62,276 nucleotides of DNA from Euryarchaeota archaeon UBA602. GTDB lineage: Archaea; Thermoplasmatota; Poseidoniia; Poseidoniales; Thalassarchaeaceae. The stretch is taken from NCBI GenBank assembly GCA_002498455.1, contig DAHO01000052.1:25527-87802 (forward strand). The letters are read 5' to 3'. The notes beneath the pieces are model-generated. The model searched no databases. It had not been told where the DNA came from and saw only the letters and a list, made by a program, of their open reading frames with translations. Position numbers and translations under genes: made by a program. Of this stretch, positions 19,250-28,837 are shown piece by piece (the stretch's first letter is position 1; each line of letters begins with the position of its first letter).

Positions 19250-21241
19250 CTAATCCCCCTTTGCGGGTTCCGGATGACGTTGAAAGAATCGTTTGGCCAT
19301 ACGTGATGTCCGTTTTGCATCGTCTGCTGTGAACGTCTGCATGGTTGGGGGCAAACAAGAACGATATTGTCCTGATAACAACCGGTTGTCCAACAGTAGA
19401 ATGAACGCCCGATCCTCGGCCTTGCGGATGGCGCGGCCAATCCCTTGCAATACACTGTTTACTGCGGGTTGTAAAACTCCGTACTTCCATCCATTCCCAC
19501 GCCCATGTTTGTTGTCAATATACTCGCGTAATGCAGTTTGTGGCACCGTTTGTGGGGCAATCGGTATCCCCACGCAAATGACTGCATCCAGAATGTTTCC
19601 TGAATAGTCGACCCCTTCTGCAAGTCGTCCACCAAAAACACCTGCAAGGATGACCTTTGTACCTCCATCTCGAGCATTGTACAGGTTGCTGATATTTTTG
19701 TCAACAACCCGTTTGGACCAATTTTTCTCTTCGACAGCCAATCTTCGACCTGGCCAATATCCATCGACGACGACCTCTTCCAGCATTCGGTAGGATTGAC
19801 AAAATATAGCGACATGACCCGGTGTTTGCTGCAATATGGCTTGAATATGGTCGCGTATTTTCCTTGTGTTCGCCTCACCTCTTGCAGTGTATTTTGAAGT
19901 CACATCCGAGGCGATCATGACTGGCCTTCGGTCGGCCATAAATGGAGAAGGGTAGGATTCCGCGACAATAGGTCGGTTAGGGGGTACTCCCAAAGTATCG
20001 GCGTACATTTCTGGTGGCGTCAGGGTTCCTGACATCAGAATCCCTCCCTGGACTGTATCCATTACCGGGTAGCTGACGATACCTGGGTCGAGTAAGTGTG
20101 TGGTTACACGATGTTCATTGGCTTGGGAATTGAAGACTACACAGAGTGCCGGTGATTGCTCATATCGTTCCAAAACAGCAAGAAAATTCGCCAGACGGTG
20201 GGCATCGAGTTCGTCATCATCACCCTCTTCGGCATCAACCTCAACCGAGAGTAGAATGCCAATGGTGGTTTGGACATCCAAATCTTCCTTGCTCAATTCC
20301 TGCCTCAACATTGATAGAACTTTACCAGCATCGATTTTTTCTTCAATGGCATCACCGATATCTCCTGATTTTGCATTCGAATCCCGTAGACTTCGCGTCC
20401 ATGTGGAAAAACGCCCTTTGTATCGCTCAAGTGCCTTTTCACAAAGCCTCGCGCGGGCAATACTTTCTGAAAAAACAGCACTCTCCCCTCGGCTTTTTTC
20501 ATGGGTCTCACAATACTCTTGCAAGTTGAATATTGCATCGCGAATCATTTTGAAGTTCAAGTTGAGATTCAAACTACGCCGAATTCTGTTCGGTAAATTG
20601 TGTGCTTCATCGACGACGATGATGCTATTTTCAAGTTCGATCCCCATCGATGGAAGAGAAGCTTTACGCACACTTTCCAGAAACACGTGATTGTAATCAC
20701 AGACCAAAATGTCTGCATCCGTTGCGGCTTGACGAGCCGCGGCCCAAGCACATATCCTGCGTTTTGAAGCAAATTCGATCGAGAAATCAACATGTTGAGG
20801 GTGACTGAGGATTTCTTGGACCAAAGCAAACCTCCTGTTGTGGCGTTCGCTATCGGGAATGCCTTGTTCACAGGAACATTTGCCAGTCGCCCGGTCTACG
20901 TATTCGCACATCGATTCTCGACCAATCATATCGACCAGTGTTACGGGCGTTTCATCTTCCGACAATCGCGCGTTGATATTTCGTACGGTCTCAACCACAA
21001 TCTTGTGCTGTGATTGGCGACCAGTCATGAAAAGGACATGTTGACCAGGATTCTGTCTTGAGACGGTTAATGCCGCGGAGAGTGATGCTGCAGTCTTTCC
21101 AATTCCCGTGGGTGCATTGGCAAACAAGAATCCACCCTTCGAAACCGCTTCCAAGCCGTCATTGATCATGTCAACTTGGCTCTCGCGGAGTGCCTCATGC
21201 GCTAGAAATCGCGCCCCGGTGACAGAATGCTCCGCAGTCAT
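19250..21241 (-). CDS. XPD/Rad3/DinG-family Fe-S DNA helicase
   Basis: Q motif RESQ, Walker A APTGIGKT, Cys cluster (MCEY..KCSCE..RICAW), DEAH, SGT, EGVDY, QGIGRAIR. Confidence 0.92.
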   Translation of the reverse strand: MTAEHSVTGARFLAHEALRESQVDMINDGLEAVSKGGFLFANAPTGIGKTAASLSAALTVSRQNPGQHVLFMTGRQSQHKIVVETVRNINARLSEDETPVTLVDMIGRESMCEYVDRATGKCSCEQGIPDSERHNRRFALVQEILSHPQHVDFSIEFASKRRICAWAAARQAATDADILVCDYNHVFLESVRKASLPSMGIELENSIIVVDEAHNLPNRIRRSLNLNLNFKMIRDAIFNLQEYCETHEKSRGESAVFSESIARARLCEKALERYKGRFSTWTRSLRDSNAKSGDIGDAIEEKIDAGKVLSMLRQELSKEDLDVQTTIGILLSVEVDAEEGDDDELDAHRLANFLAVLERYEQSPALCVVFNSQANEHRVTTHLLDPGIVSYPVMDTVQGGILMSGTLTPPEMYADTLGVPPNRPIVAESYPSPFMADRRPVMIASDVTSKYTARGEANTRKIRDHIQAILQQTPGHVAIFCQSYRMLEEVVVDGYWPGRRLAVEEKNWSKRVVDKNISNLYNARDGGTKVILAGVFGGRLAEGVDYSGNILDAVICVGIPIAPQTVPQTALREYIDNKHGRGNGWKYGVLQPAVNSVLQGIGRAIRKAEDRAFILLLDNRLLSGQYRSCLPPTMQTFTADDAKRTSRMAKRFFQRHPEPAKGD

Positions 21242-21279
21242 GGAACCCGTCCTGTGGCTCGGCCCCCCTTGAAGATTAC

Positions 21280-21500
21280 ACCCTCGGAGTTCGAAACGAG
21301 GTCTCTAGTTGGCAGATTGGGGGGTTCCCCGCCCGAGGGCGGGGAGGGGGGTGACGAGTGTCCTATGCATTCGTCGAGGAAGGGGGTCCCCCGCCGAAGC
21401 GAGGGGGGGTGTGGTTTGAAGCTGATTTGGCTCGAAGGCGAAGTGAAGAAAACCCATTCCAATGGGAAGTTGCGGGGGGGTTTTCACGCCCCCCCGCGGT
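21280..21500. other. GC-rich multi-hairpin intergenic element with G-strings (unknown ncRNA or DNA site)
   Basis: At least five inverted repeats and five G5-7 runs in about 220 bp; see findings. Confidence 0.5.
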
Positions 21501-21556
21501 GTGCATCCCATCATTGTACGTTGCCACGTCTCTCCGCCCCTGGTTGGTGCTTCTGC

Positions 21557-21949
21557 TTACGCAGTGTGATCCTCATGTGGTTGCGTTCGTTCACGCATCT
21601 CTGCGACACGTGCTTCAAGCAGTGTCGTGAGTGTCTCTGTATCTGCGAGTGTCTGACGCAGGTAGAGTTCCAAGCCCTGCCGGGCTGCTTCTGAATGAGA
21701 AATACCACGCAATTCGTAGAGTTGCTCAAGCTGATATCGAGTTTCAGTCCCGATGTCAAACTTGACTGTACGTACGTGCGCGTTGCTGGGTGTCGCATCA
21801 AGGAAGAACTGCACGGCTGCGCGAATGACATCGGATCGATTTCGAAAACCATCGAATCCGATTCTCTGGTCGAGTAGCATCAGGTGCTCTTCGGGAATTC
21901 TTAGGCTGGTCATCTGGCTGGCAGGCATCGGGCTCACTCCTCGGCTCAT
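21557..21949 (-). CDS. Ribbon-helix-helix (CopG/Arc/MetJ) DNA-binding protein, probably two RHH units
   Basis: MTSLRIPEEHLMLLDQRI...FRNRSDVIRAAV, and a second unit TVKFDI...ISHSEAARQGLELYL. Confidence 0.8.
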   Translation of the reverse strand: MSRGVSPMPASQMTSLRIPEEHLMLLDQRIGFDGFRNRSDVIRAAVQFFLDATPSNAHVRTVKFDIGTETRYQLEQLYELRGISHSEAARQGLELYLRQTLADTETLTTLLEARVAEMRERTQPHEDHTA

Positions 21950-22158
21950 CTGTTCGTCAGACTAACCAGCATATGAATGTATTGCATAATGAAATACAAA
22001 CGTATTACAAATTAGATGTTGGCGTGTATGCAATAAACACAACTCAGTCTACGCTTTAGGCGAATTTTTTCGCGATATTGTATCCTAGAATGTGATTTTT
22101 TGTATCACACGCCGTAGTACACAAATCGTAGCCCTAGATTAACGAAATCTCATGCTGA

Positions 22159-22650
22159 ATGGATTTGGCTTATACACACGAACCCTGTCCAACAGTCATG
22201 GCGCTCCCCGAAAGCCGTGGTCTCCACCTTTACCTGCGCACCCTCGAGGCTGCAGTCGAAGACGATATCGTGACTGATGATGAAATGTCGATCCTTTCCG
22301 TTATCGCTCGAGCTTTTGCCTTGCCAGGCGATATTATGGGTGAAGCATGGGAAGTTCTCAGGGATGAAGTTGAGACACCCATTAACGCATCCAATGTAAG
22401 TGAATACGAGATGCGACAGATGGGCGACGCGACGACTTACCAAACCGCATTGATTGCTGCATTGGTTGATGAGGTGATCACAGAAGATGAATGGAGCATG
22501 CTCGAAGTCATGCGGAGGGTCATGGGCATTCAACCGGATGAACATGCCTTGATTGAAGAAGCCGTACGAGCAATGGCACACAATGTAGAGGACGGAGAAT
22601 CCTTTGTCAACCGCCTCAACCGATATGTCACCTTGCATCCATATCACTAA
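22159..22650 (+). CDS. TerB-like protein with internal duplication
   Basis: Two copies of AxxDxx(I/V)TxDExxxL (AAVEDDIVTDDEMSIL; AALVDEVITEDEWSML). Start possibly 22198. Confidence 0.6.
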   Translation: MDLAYTHEPCPTVMALPESRGLHLYLRTLEAAVEDDIVTDDEMSILSVIARAFALPGDIMGEAWEVLRDEVETPINASNVSEYEMRQMGDATTYQTALIAALVDEVITEDEWSMLEVMRRVMGIQPDEHALIEEAVRAMAHNVEDGESFVNRLNRYVTLHPYH

Positions 22651-22708
22651 CCGCATCCCTATAGGATGCGTCGTAACACTCTTGACGTGCAAGTGACGTC
22701 ATAGGCAC

Positions 22709-25700
22709 ATGCGAAGCCAGTCTGTTGCCTTGATTCTAGTCGGTTTGATGCTTTTTGCACCGGCACTTGGATTCACCGAAAAAACACAACTCGAGGCTGA
22801 ATTTGAACCACAAAATGCAGCACGCTCTACAGCTAATGCCCTGCTTTGGGGCGCCCATGCTTCAGGTTCCGGTAGTACCGATTCAGTGATGTCAATTGAG
22901 ATGGATGCCCAGGGGCGCACTTACGTTTGCGGCTATTTCTACAATACTGCGGTTTTTGGAAACACCACACTGTCATCTTCCGGTAGTTATGACGTCTTTG
23001 TGGGTCGATTGAGCAATGGTGCATGGGATTGGGTTCAACGTGCAGGAGGGAGTTCTAGCGATCAGTGCAGAGATATTGCCGTAGACGATGGCGGGAATGT
23101 AACCATCACCGGTTACTACTATTCATCGAACTCAGCAGCTTTCGGCTCTACAACTCTCTCAGGCCAAGGTAGCAACGACATTTTCGTGGCCCGGTTGGAC
23201 AGTGGTGGGAATTGGATTTGGGCGAAATCAGCAGGCGGCAGCAGTTCCGACTACGGCAATGGTGTGGCTGTGGACAATGCAGGAAACGCATACTTGACCG
23301 GCGAATATTACAACACGGGGTATTTCGGTTCTATCACATTGAATTCATACAGCTATCAAGAGGCCTTTTTGGCGAAGCTCGATAATGCTGGCAACTTTGT
23401 TTGGGCCAAGCGATTCTACGGTTCATACTATCAAAGAGGGAAGGACGTTGATGTCAATGACAATGGCGAAATCGCAATAACGGGTGAATTCAGTTATCGT
23501 ATCAACTTCGGTGAAGCCGGTGGACCTGAACTGTCTCCGAGTTACCAATCAAGCAGTTACTACCGTGTCTTTGTGGCCAAGTTCACCAATGCTGGTCAAG
23601 TCTCGTGGGCGAAAATGGCGGGATATTTCCAATCCTCATACAGTTCCCACGGGGAAGGTGTAGGCATTGACAACAATGGTGAAGTGGCCGTCAGTGGTCG
23701 CTTCTACTATCTGATGGATTTTGATACCAACAACAACAACCGGATGTACGCCTACCAACAATCCAGTAATTGGGACTGTTTTGTCGCCAAATGGAATGCA
23801 AATGGTGTTCACCAGTGGGCGCAAAATGCAGGCGGTTCTAGCACAGATTACTGCTACGATCTTGATATGGACAAAATCTCGGGTAATATTACAGTCTCCG
23901 GGATGTATTACAACACAGCATGGTTCGGGAACTCTCAACTCTCATCTTCCGGTTCAAATGATGCATTCATGGCCCATGTTCCATCTTCAGGTGGTTGGGA
24001 TTGGATGAAGAAATTCGGTGGTTCCAGTTCAGAATATGGATATTCTGTAGCAATGCGAAATGGCATGTATGCCTTCGGAGGATATTTCCACAACACTGCA
24101 ACCGATGGTTCTGGGCAAATATCCTACAGCGCAGCTGCGGGTGCAGATGGATTCATCCTAATGTATGGGGCTGATCAAGATGGAGATGGAATCGGTGATC
24201 AAGTCGATGATTTCCCATGGGAACCTTCGCAATGGCGGGATACCGATGGTGATGGATTTGGAGACAATATTGATGGTTGGCAAGGGGATGCTTGTCCGCT
24301 CACCTATGGTAATTCAACCGTTGATCGATACGGTTGCCCCGATACCGATGGTGATGGTTGGTCAGATGCTGGTGACGATTTGCCCAATGAAATCACGCAG
24401 TGGGTTGACGGTGATGGTGATGGGTTTGGTGAAAACCCCGTTGGAGTGACTCCCGATGCATGCCCCAATGAATGGGGCGATTCCTGGCGCGATCGACTTG
24501 GTTGCCGAGATTTGGATTCAGATGGACAATCCGATTTGAATGATTATTTCATGAACAATCCCACTCAGTGGTCGGATTCCGATGGCGATGGCCTTGGCGA
24601 CAATTGGGCAGATGGAGATTGGAATGATACACGTGCAGAGCATTGGCCGGGGATGTGGTTCGAAAATGCCACTCTATCCGATCCTTCTCCTTTGGATTAT
24701 GATGGTGACGGATTTGAGGACCTGAGTGCCGGTGGCCCATGGGGCCCATATGATGACTGTGTGTACGAACATGGGACTTCAGTACGGGATCGGATTGGAT
24801 GTCTCGACAGTGATGGTGATGGTTGGTCTGATCAAGGCGATGAAGTCGACGATAATCCGACTCAATGGGAAGATGCTGATGGCGACGGATTTGGCGATAA
24901 TCCCTCGGGGACCGAGTGGGACGCGTGTTCTGATCGCCCAGGAAACTCGACCCATGATCGCTTTGGGTGCCCTGACAATGATGGAGATGGTTGGTCCAAT
25001 GACAACGATGAATGTCCCTCATTGCCGAGTTCACTAGACAATGGTTGCCCAGATTCCGATGGCGACGGTTGGGTAGATGGTGGCAACGATGGTGAAGTTG
25101 ATGACTGCCCGAATCAGTGGGGTGTATCAACTGTGGATCGGAACGGATGCCCTGATGCAGACGGCGACGGTTGGTCCGATGACAACGATCCATTCTACTT
25201 GGATCCAACACAATGGTCCGATGAAGATGGGGATGGGTACGGTGATGAACCCGGCGGATTCCAAGCCGATGATTGCTTGAACTGGGCTGGAACCTCAAAT
25301 CAAGATGGTGTATTTGGATGTGCAGACGGAGACGGTGATGGTTGGGCTGACCAAATCGATGGTTGGGATACCAATCCTGCACTTTGGTCAGATTCTGATT
25401 TAGATGGTTATGCGGACCAGCGTGGCGACCCTCTCGAATCGGATGATTGTCCAAACGAATATGGGAAGAGCACCATCTTCTATCTAGGCTGTCCTGACAT
25501 GGACAACGATGGCTGGCCTGATATGAAGGACGGAGATACCGATGGTGATGGGTACATGGATACCACAGAACTCACTGCAAATCCTCCTTCAGATCCACTT
25601 GATCCTTTGTCGACGCCATCGGATGCAGATGGAAACTTTGTCGCTGACCATGAAGAACCGATTGAGAAATCAACCATCGAAGATCCAGTCATTCAGGGCG

Positions 25701-26149
25701 TTGTCGCTGTGTTGGCAACGGGTCTTCTAATCACACTCATCATGGCGTGGACATTGTATTCCTCCGGCCGAGGAAAGCAGCGAGAGTATGAATCGATGCT
25801 ATTGATGGTTGAGGAAGCCGAAGGCTATGCTGGACTCTCTGCCGCGGAGCAAGAATTGGACAAGATGCTTGAAGCGAATCTGTTGGGTGCTGGACAGGGT
25901 TTGCTCCTCAAAGATCGCCTCGAATCCAAGCGATTCGCTCTAGAGGATGATTTGGCAGGAGCAGATTCTCACCCGTCAGGAATCAGCCAATCCGCAGATA
26001 CTGACTTGGAGATGATTGCCGAGCATGGAAAAGTCGCTACATGGGGTAGCGATCAATCGCAATGGACTCCAGAACAGCAAGCATGGTATGAACAAGCAAA
26101 GCAGTGGGGCGGGTACTATGATGAAAACGGCAACTGGGTCCCAATTTAA
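22709..26149 (+). CDS. Surface protein: SBBP-type beta-propeller, thrombospondin type 3 Ca-binding repeats, TM anchor
   Basis: Repeats W-x-x-x-(A/F)GG-SSSDY...VTG-x-(Y/F); many DxDGDG-WxDxxDxCP repeats; TM GVVAVLATGLLITLIMAWTLY. Confidence 0.85.
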   Translation: MRSQSVALILVGLMLFAPALGFTEKTQLEAEFEPQNAARSTANALLWGAHASGSGSTDSVMSIEMDAQGRTYVCGYFYNTAVFGNTTLSSSGSYDVFVGRLSNGAWDWVQRAGGSSSDQCRDIAVDDGGNVTITGYYYSSNSAAFGSTTLSGQGSNDIFVARLDSGGNWIWAKSAGGSSSDYGNGVAVDNAGNAYLTGEYYNTGYFGSITLNSYSYQEAFLAKLDNAGNFVWAKRFYGSYYQRGKDVDVNDNGEIAITGEFSYRINFGEAGGPELSPSYQSSSYYRVFVAKFTNAGQVSWAKMAGYFQSSYSSHGEGVGIDNNGEVAVSGRFYYLMDFDTNNNNRMYAYQQSSNWDCFVAKWNANGVHQWAQNAGGSSTDYCYDLDMDKISGNITVSGMYYNTAWFGNSQLSSSGSNDAFMAHVPSSGGWDWMKKFGGSSSEYGYSVAMRNGMYAFGGYFHNTATDGSGQISYSAAAGADGFILMYGADQDGDGIGDQVDDFPWEPSQWRDTDGDGFGDNIDGWQGDACPLTYGNSTVDRYGCPDTDGDGWSDAGDDLPNEITQWVDGDGDGFGENPVGVTPDACPNEWGDSWRDRLGCRDLDSDGQSDLNDYFMNNPTQWSDSDGDGLGDNWADGDWNDTRAEHWPGMWFENATLSDPSPLDYDGDGFEDLSAGGPWGPYDDCVYEHGTSVRDRIGCLDSDGDGWSDQGDEVDDNPTQWEDADGDGFGDNPSGTEWDACSDRPGNSTHDRFGCPDNDGDGWSNDNDECPSLPSSLDNGCPDSDGDGWVDGGNDGEVDDCPNQWGVSTVDRNGCPDADGDGWSDDNDPFYLDPTQWSDEDGDGYGDEPGGFQADDCLNWAGTSNQDGVFGCADGDGDGWADQIDGWDTNPALWSDSDLDGYADQRGDPLESDDCPNEYGKSTIFYLGCPDMDNDGWPDMKDGDTDGDGYMDTTELTANPPSDPLDPLSTPSDADGNFVADHEEPIEKSTIEDPVIQGVVAVLATGLLITLIMAWTLYSSGRGKQREYESMLLMVEEAEGYAGLSAAEQELDKMLEANLLGAGQGLLLKDRLESKRFALEDDLAGADSHPSGISQSADTDLEMIAEHGKVATWGSDQSQWTPEQQAWYEQAKQWGGYYDENGNWVPI

Positions 26150-26280
26150 TAGAGTTGGAACATTTCAGAAAAGCACAACTCATCCAATACCCAAGCGAAA
26201 AACCTCCTTCGATAGGCTACCGATTCGAATCCCATTGGTCCTTCGGTAATTGGTTCGGCGTATTTCGTGGTTTTCTTAAA

Positions 26281-27789
26281 TCAGTTCCCAAGTTCTGAAA
26301 GAATGAGATCAACCGTCGCTTTTGCTGAATTGAGAACGCCGGGTAATCCAGCACCGGGATGCGTTCCTGCGCCGACAATGTAGAGTCCATCAATTCCTGA
26401 ATCCTTGTTCGATGGGCGGAAATAAGCACTCTGTGTGAGTTTTGGAGCGACTGAAAATGCTGATCCTTTGAACGCTGCAAGTTCGCTTTCGAATGTTTTT
26501 GGTGTGATATGTCTTCGTGTAACAATGTGCTTACTTAGTTCTGGCATCTCGACTTCAAGGGCTTCAATAATGCGGTCTCCATAATCATCTGCGATGGAAT
26601 CCCAATCAACATCAGCACGTCCAAGGTGTGGGACAGGAGCAAGGACATAGGCTGCACTGCAACCTTCTGGAGCAAGACTCTTGTCGGTAACCGTAGGTAC
26701 GTGAAGATACAAGCTGAAGTCATCAGGAAGTTTGCTTCCTTTGAAGATGTCATCCAGCAGACCCTTGTATCGAGGTCCGAACAAGATTGTGTGATGTGCA
26801 ACATCGTTGTATTCGATGTCCGTTCCAAAGTAAAGAACGAATAAGGACATCGACCAATCCATCTTCTCGAGTTTCTTTGCTCGTTTTTGAGCGACATTTG
26901 AGTTGGAATAGAGCTTCTTGTACGTGTGGTGAACATCTGCATTCGAAATCACCATGTCGAAGTCCTGTTCGACGTCGTTTCCATCGGTAATCCGATGGAT
27001 AGTTGCCTTACCGTTCTTGATGACATCAACGGATTTGACTGGAGTTGAGAGTCGAATTTCGCCACCAAGTTCCTCGAACAGTTTCACCAGTGTTCGAACC
27101 AAAGCGTGTGTCCCTCCTTCGGGGAAGAACACTCCCCATTCACGTTCAAGATAGTGAATTAGCGTGTATATGGATGAGGTTTGGAACGGATTGCCGCCAA
27201 CGAGAAGGGAGTGGAAACTGAGTGCTTGTCGCAAATGATCGTCTTTGACGTACTTTGCAATGGTCTTGTAAACGGAACGGTCTGCTCTCAGTTTGATCAA
27301 AGAAGGAGAAACAGACATCATGTCTGAGAACTTGAGGAACGGTCGGTCTGCGAGTTCAGTGTAGCCCTTATCGAACACTTTCTTCGCATACTCAAAAAAC
27401 TCCTGGTAGCCTTCAGCATCAGATGGACTTCGTTCAGCAATCTGTTTGACCATCGTTGCTTCATCTCGGACATAATCGAATCGATCACCATCCGCCCAGA
27501 TCAACCGATACATGGGCTGGACTTCCATGAGTTTGATGTAATCGTCCAATGAACGGTTGGTTAGTTCGAACAAATCTGTGAGAACATGCGGTGCAGTGAT
27601 GACTGTTGGTCCTGCATCAAAAGTAAATCCCTCATCGCGGTAGACATAGGCCCGGCCACCGGGGAGGTCCCGTGCTTCATAGAGGACGGTCTTGATCCCA
27701 GCACTTTGCAATCGAATCGCTGCACCGAGGCCACCAAATCCGCTCCCTATGACCGCTGCTTCCTTTGACGATTGTCCTGAGGCAGACAT
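26281..27789 (-). CDS. crtI: Phytoene desaturase
   Basis: IGSGFGGL, FDAGPTVIT, SMSLFVLYFG, HHTILFGPRY, GAGTHPGAGLPGV. Confidence 0.95.
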   Translation of the reverse strand: MSASGQSSKEAAVIGSGFGGLGAAIRLQSAGIKTVLYEARDLPGGRAYVYRDEGFTFDAGPTVITAPHVLTDLFELTNRSLDDYIKLMEVQPMYRLIWADGDRFDYVRDEATMVKQIAERSPSDAEGYQEFFEYAKKVFDKGYTELADRPFLKFSDMMSVSPSLIKLRADRSVYKTIAKYVKDDHLRQALSFHSLLVGGNPFQTSSIYTLIHYLEREWGVFFPEGGTHALVRTLVKLFEELGGEIRLSTPVKSVDVIKNGKATIHRITDGNDVEQDFDMVISNADVHHTYKKLYSNSNVAQKRAKKLEKMDWSMSLFVLYFGTDIEYNDVAHHTILFGPRYKGLLDDIFKGSKLPDDFSLYLHVPTVTDKSLAPEGCSAAYVLAPVPHLGRADVDWDSIADDYGDRIIEALEVEMPELSKHIVTRRHITPKTFESELAAFKGSAFSVAPKLTQSAYFRPSNKDSGIDGLYIVGAGTHPGAGLPGVLNSAKATVDLILSELGN

Positions 27790-27892
27790 AAGTTTAGGTC
27801 AATGTCATTACTTGATAATGTTCGCTTTTGGCTTGGTAAATAACGCTTGTAAAAACAACGAGTTATAACCGTTCGAGAATCATTTCGTATGG

Positions 27893-28837
27893 GTGGTAGC
27901 CATGGTGAGTTCAATGAAAATTGACAACCCAGAATACATCCTCGCCACGAGTGGCGAAAGTTTTCACTGGGCACGTCGTTTTCTGGGCAAGAAAATGGGA
28001 TATGATGCGGCTCGCCTTTACTCATTCTGCCGAGTACTCGATGACATGGCGGATGGTGACATCGAAAATGGTCCTGAACACCTCGTTCAAATTCAGTCAA
28101 AACTCAAACAAGGTCAGTGGGACAATCATCCTCTTCTCAACCAGTTTTCAGACATGGTCGACGAATACGACCTCTCAACCACCGTTGTTTCCTCTCTCGT
28201 GGAAGGACTCCTTGACGATCAGGCTGATGAAGTTCTAATCAAAGATGAAGAAGATTTGATTCAATACGCCTACAAGGTCGCTGGGACTGTAGGTTTGCTG
28301 ATGTGTAATGTACTCAATACCAACGAACCAAGAGCCAAGCCACATGCGATTGACCTTGGAATCGGAATGCAACTCACCAACATTGCTCGAGATGTTCTGG
28401 AAGATGCAAAAATGGGGCGCAGGTACCTTCCAGGTTCATGGGTCAACGATATGGCGCCTGAGGACATCATTCAAGCTTCAACCAACCCATACTCCGATGA
28501 AGCATTGCTGATTACTGAAGCAGTTCACCGTCTGCTTACATTGGCCGAAAAATATTATGCCAGCGGGCGACGAGGGTTGGCTTATCTTCCTGCACGAGCA
28601 CACTTCTCAATCGGAGTTTCTGCCAAGGTGTATAGGCAAATTGGGATTCAACTCCTGCGTTCAAAACATTCCTGGCATGGCCCTCGCCAAGTAACCTCAA
28701 AAGCAAGCAAAGTTTTCTGCACCCTGCGAGCGAGTGTAACCCTCTTCCGTCGATTCCCACACCCACGAAAGCAACACAATGCACACCTTCACACATCGCT
28801 TGGCCCGTACATGAATCAAGGTGGTACGTGGGGATGA
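27893..28837 (+). CDS. crtB: Phytoene synthase
   Basis: SGESFHWA, LYSFCRVLDDMAD, YAYKVAGTVGL, GMQLTNIARDVLED. Start may be 27902 or 27914. Confidence 0.94.
   Translation: MVAMVSSMKIDNPEYILATSGESFHWARRFLGKKMGYDAARLYSFCRVLDDMADGDIENGPEHLVQIQSKLKQGQWDNHPLLNQFSDMVDEYDLSTTVVSSLVEGLLDDQADEVLIKDEEDLIQYAYKVAGTVGLLMCNVLNTNEPRAKPHAIDLGIGMQLTNIARDVLEDAKMGRRYLPGSWVNDMAPEDIIQASTNPYSDEALLITEAVHRLLTLAEKYYASGRRGLAYLPARAHFSIGVSAKVYRQIGIQLLRSKHSWHGPRQVTSKASKVFCTLRASVTLFRRFPHPRKQHNAHLHTSLGPYMNQGGTWG

Noticed and set aside
21280..21500. RNase P RNA or SRP RNA
   Set aside because: The size and GC content fit, but I could not find the RNase P GAGGAAAGUCC/ACAGAA..GGCUUA pair (only GAGGAAGGGGGUCC) or the SRP helix 8 motif on either strand. 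Left as unknown.
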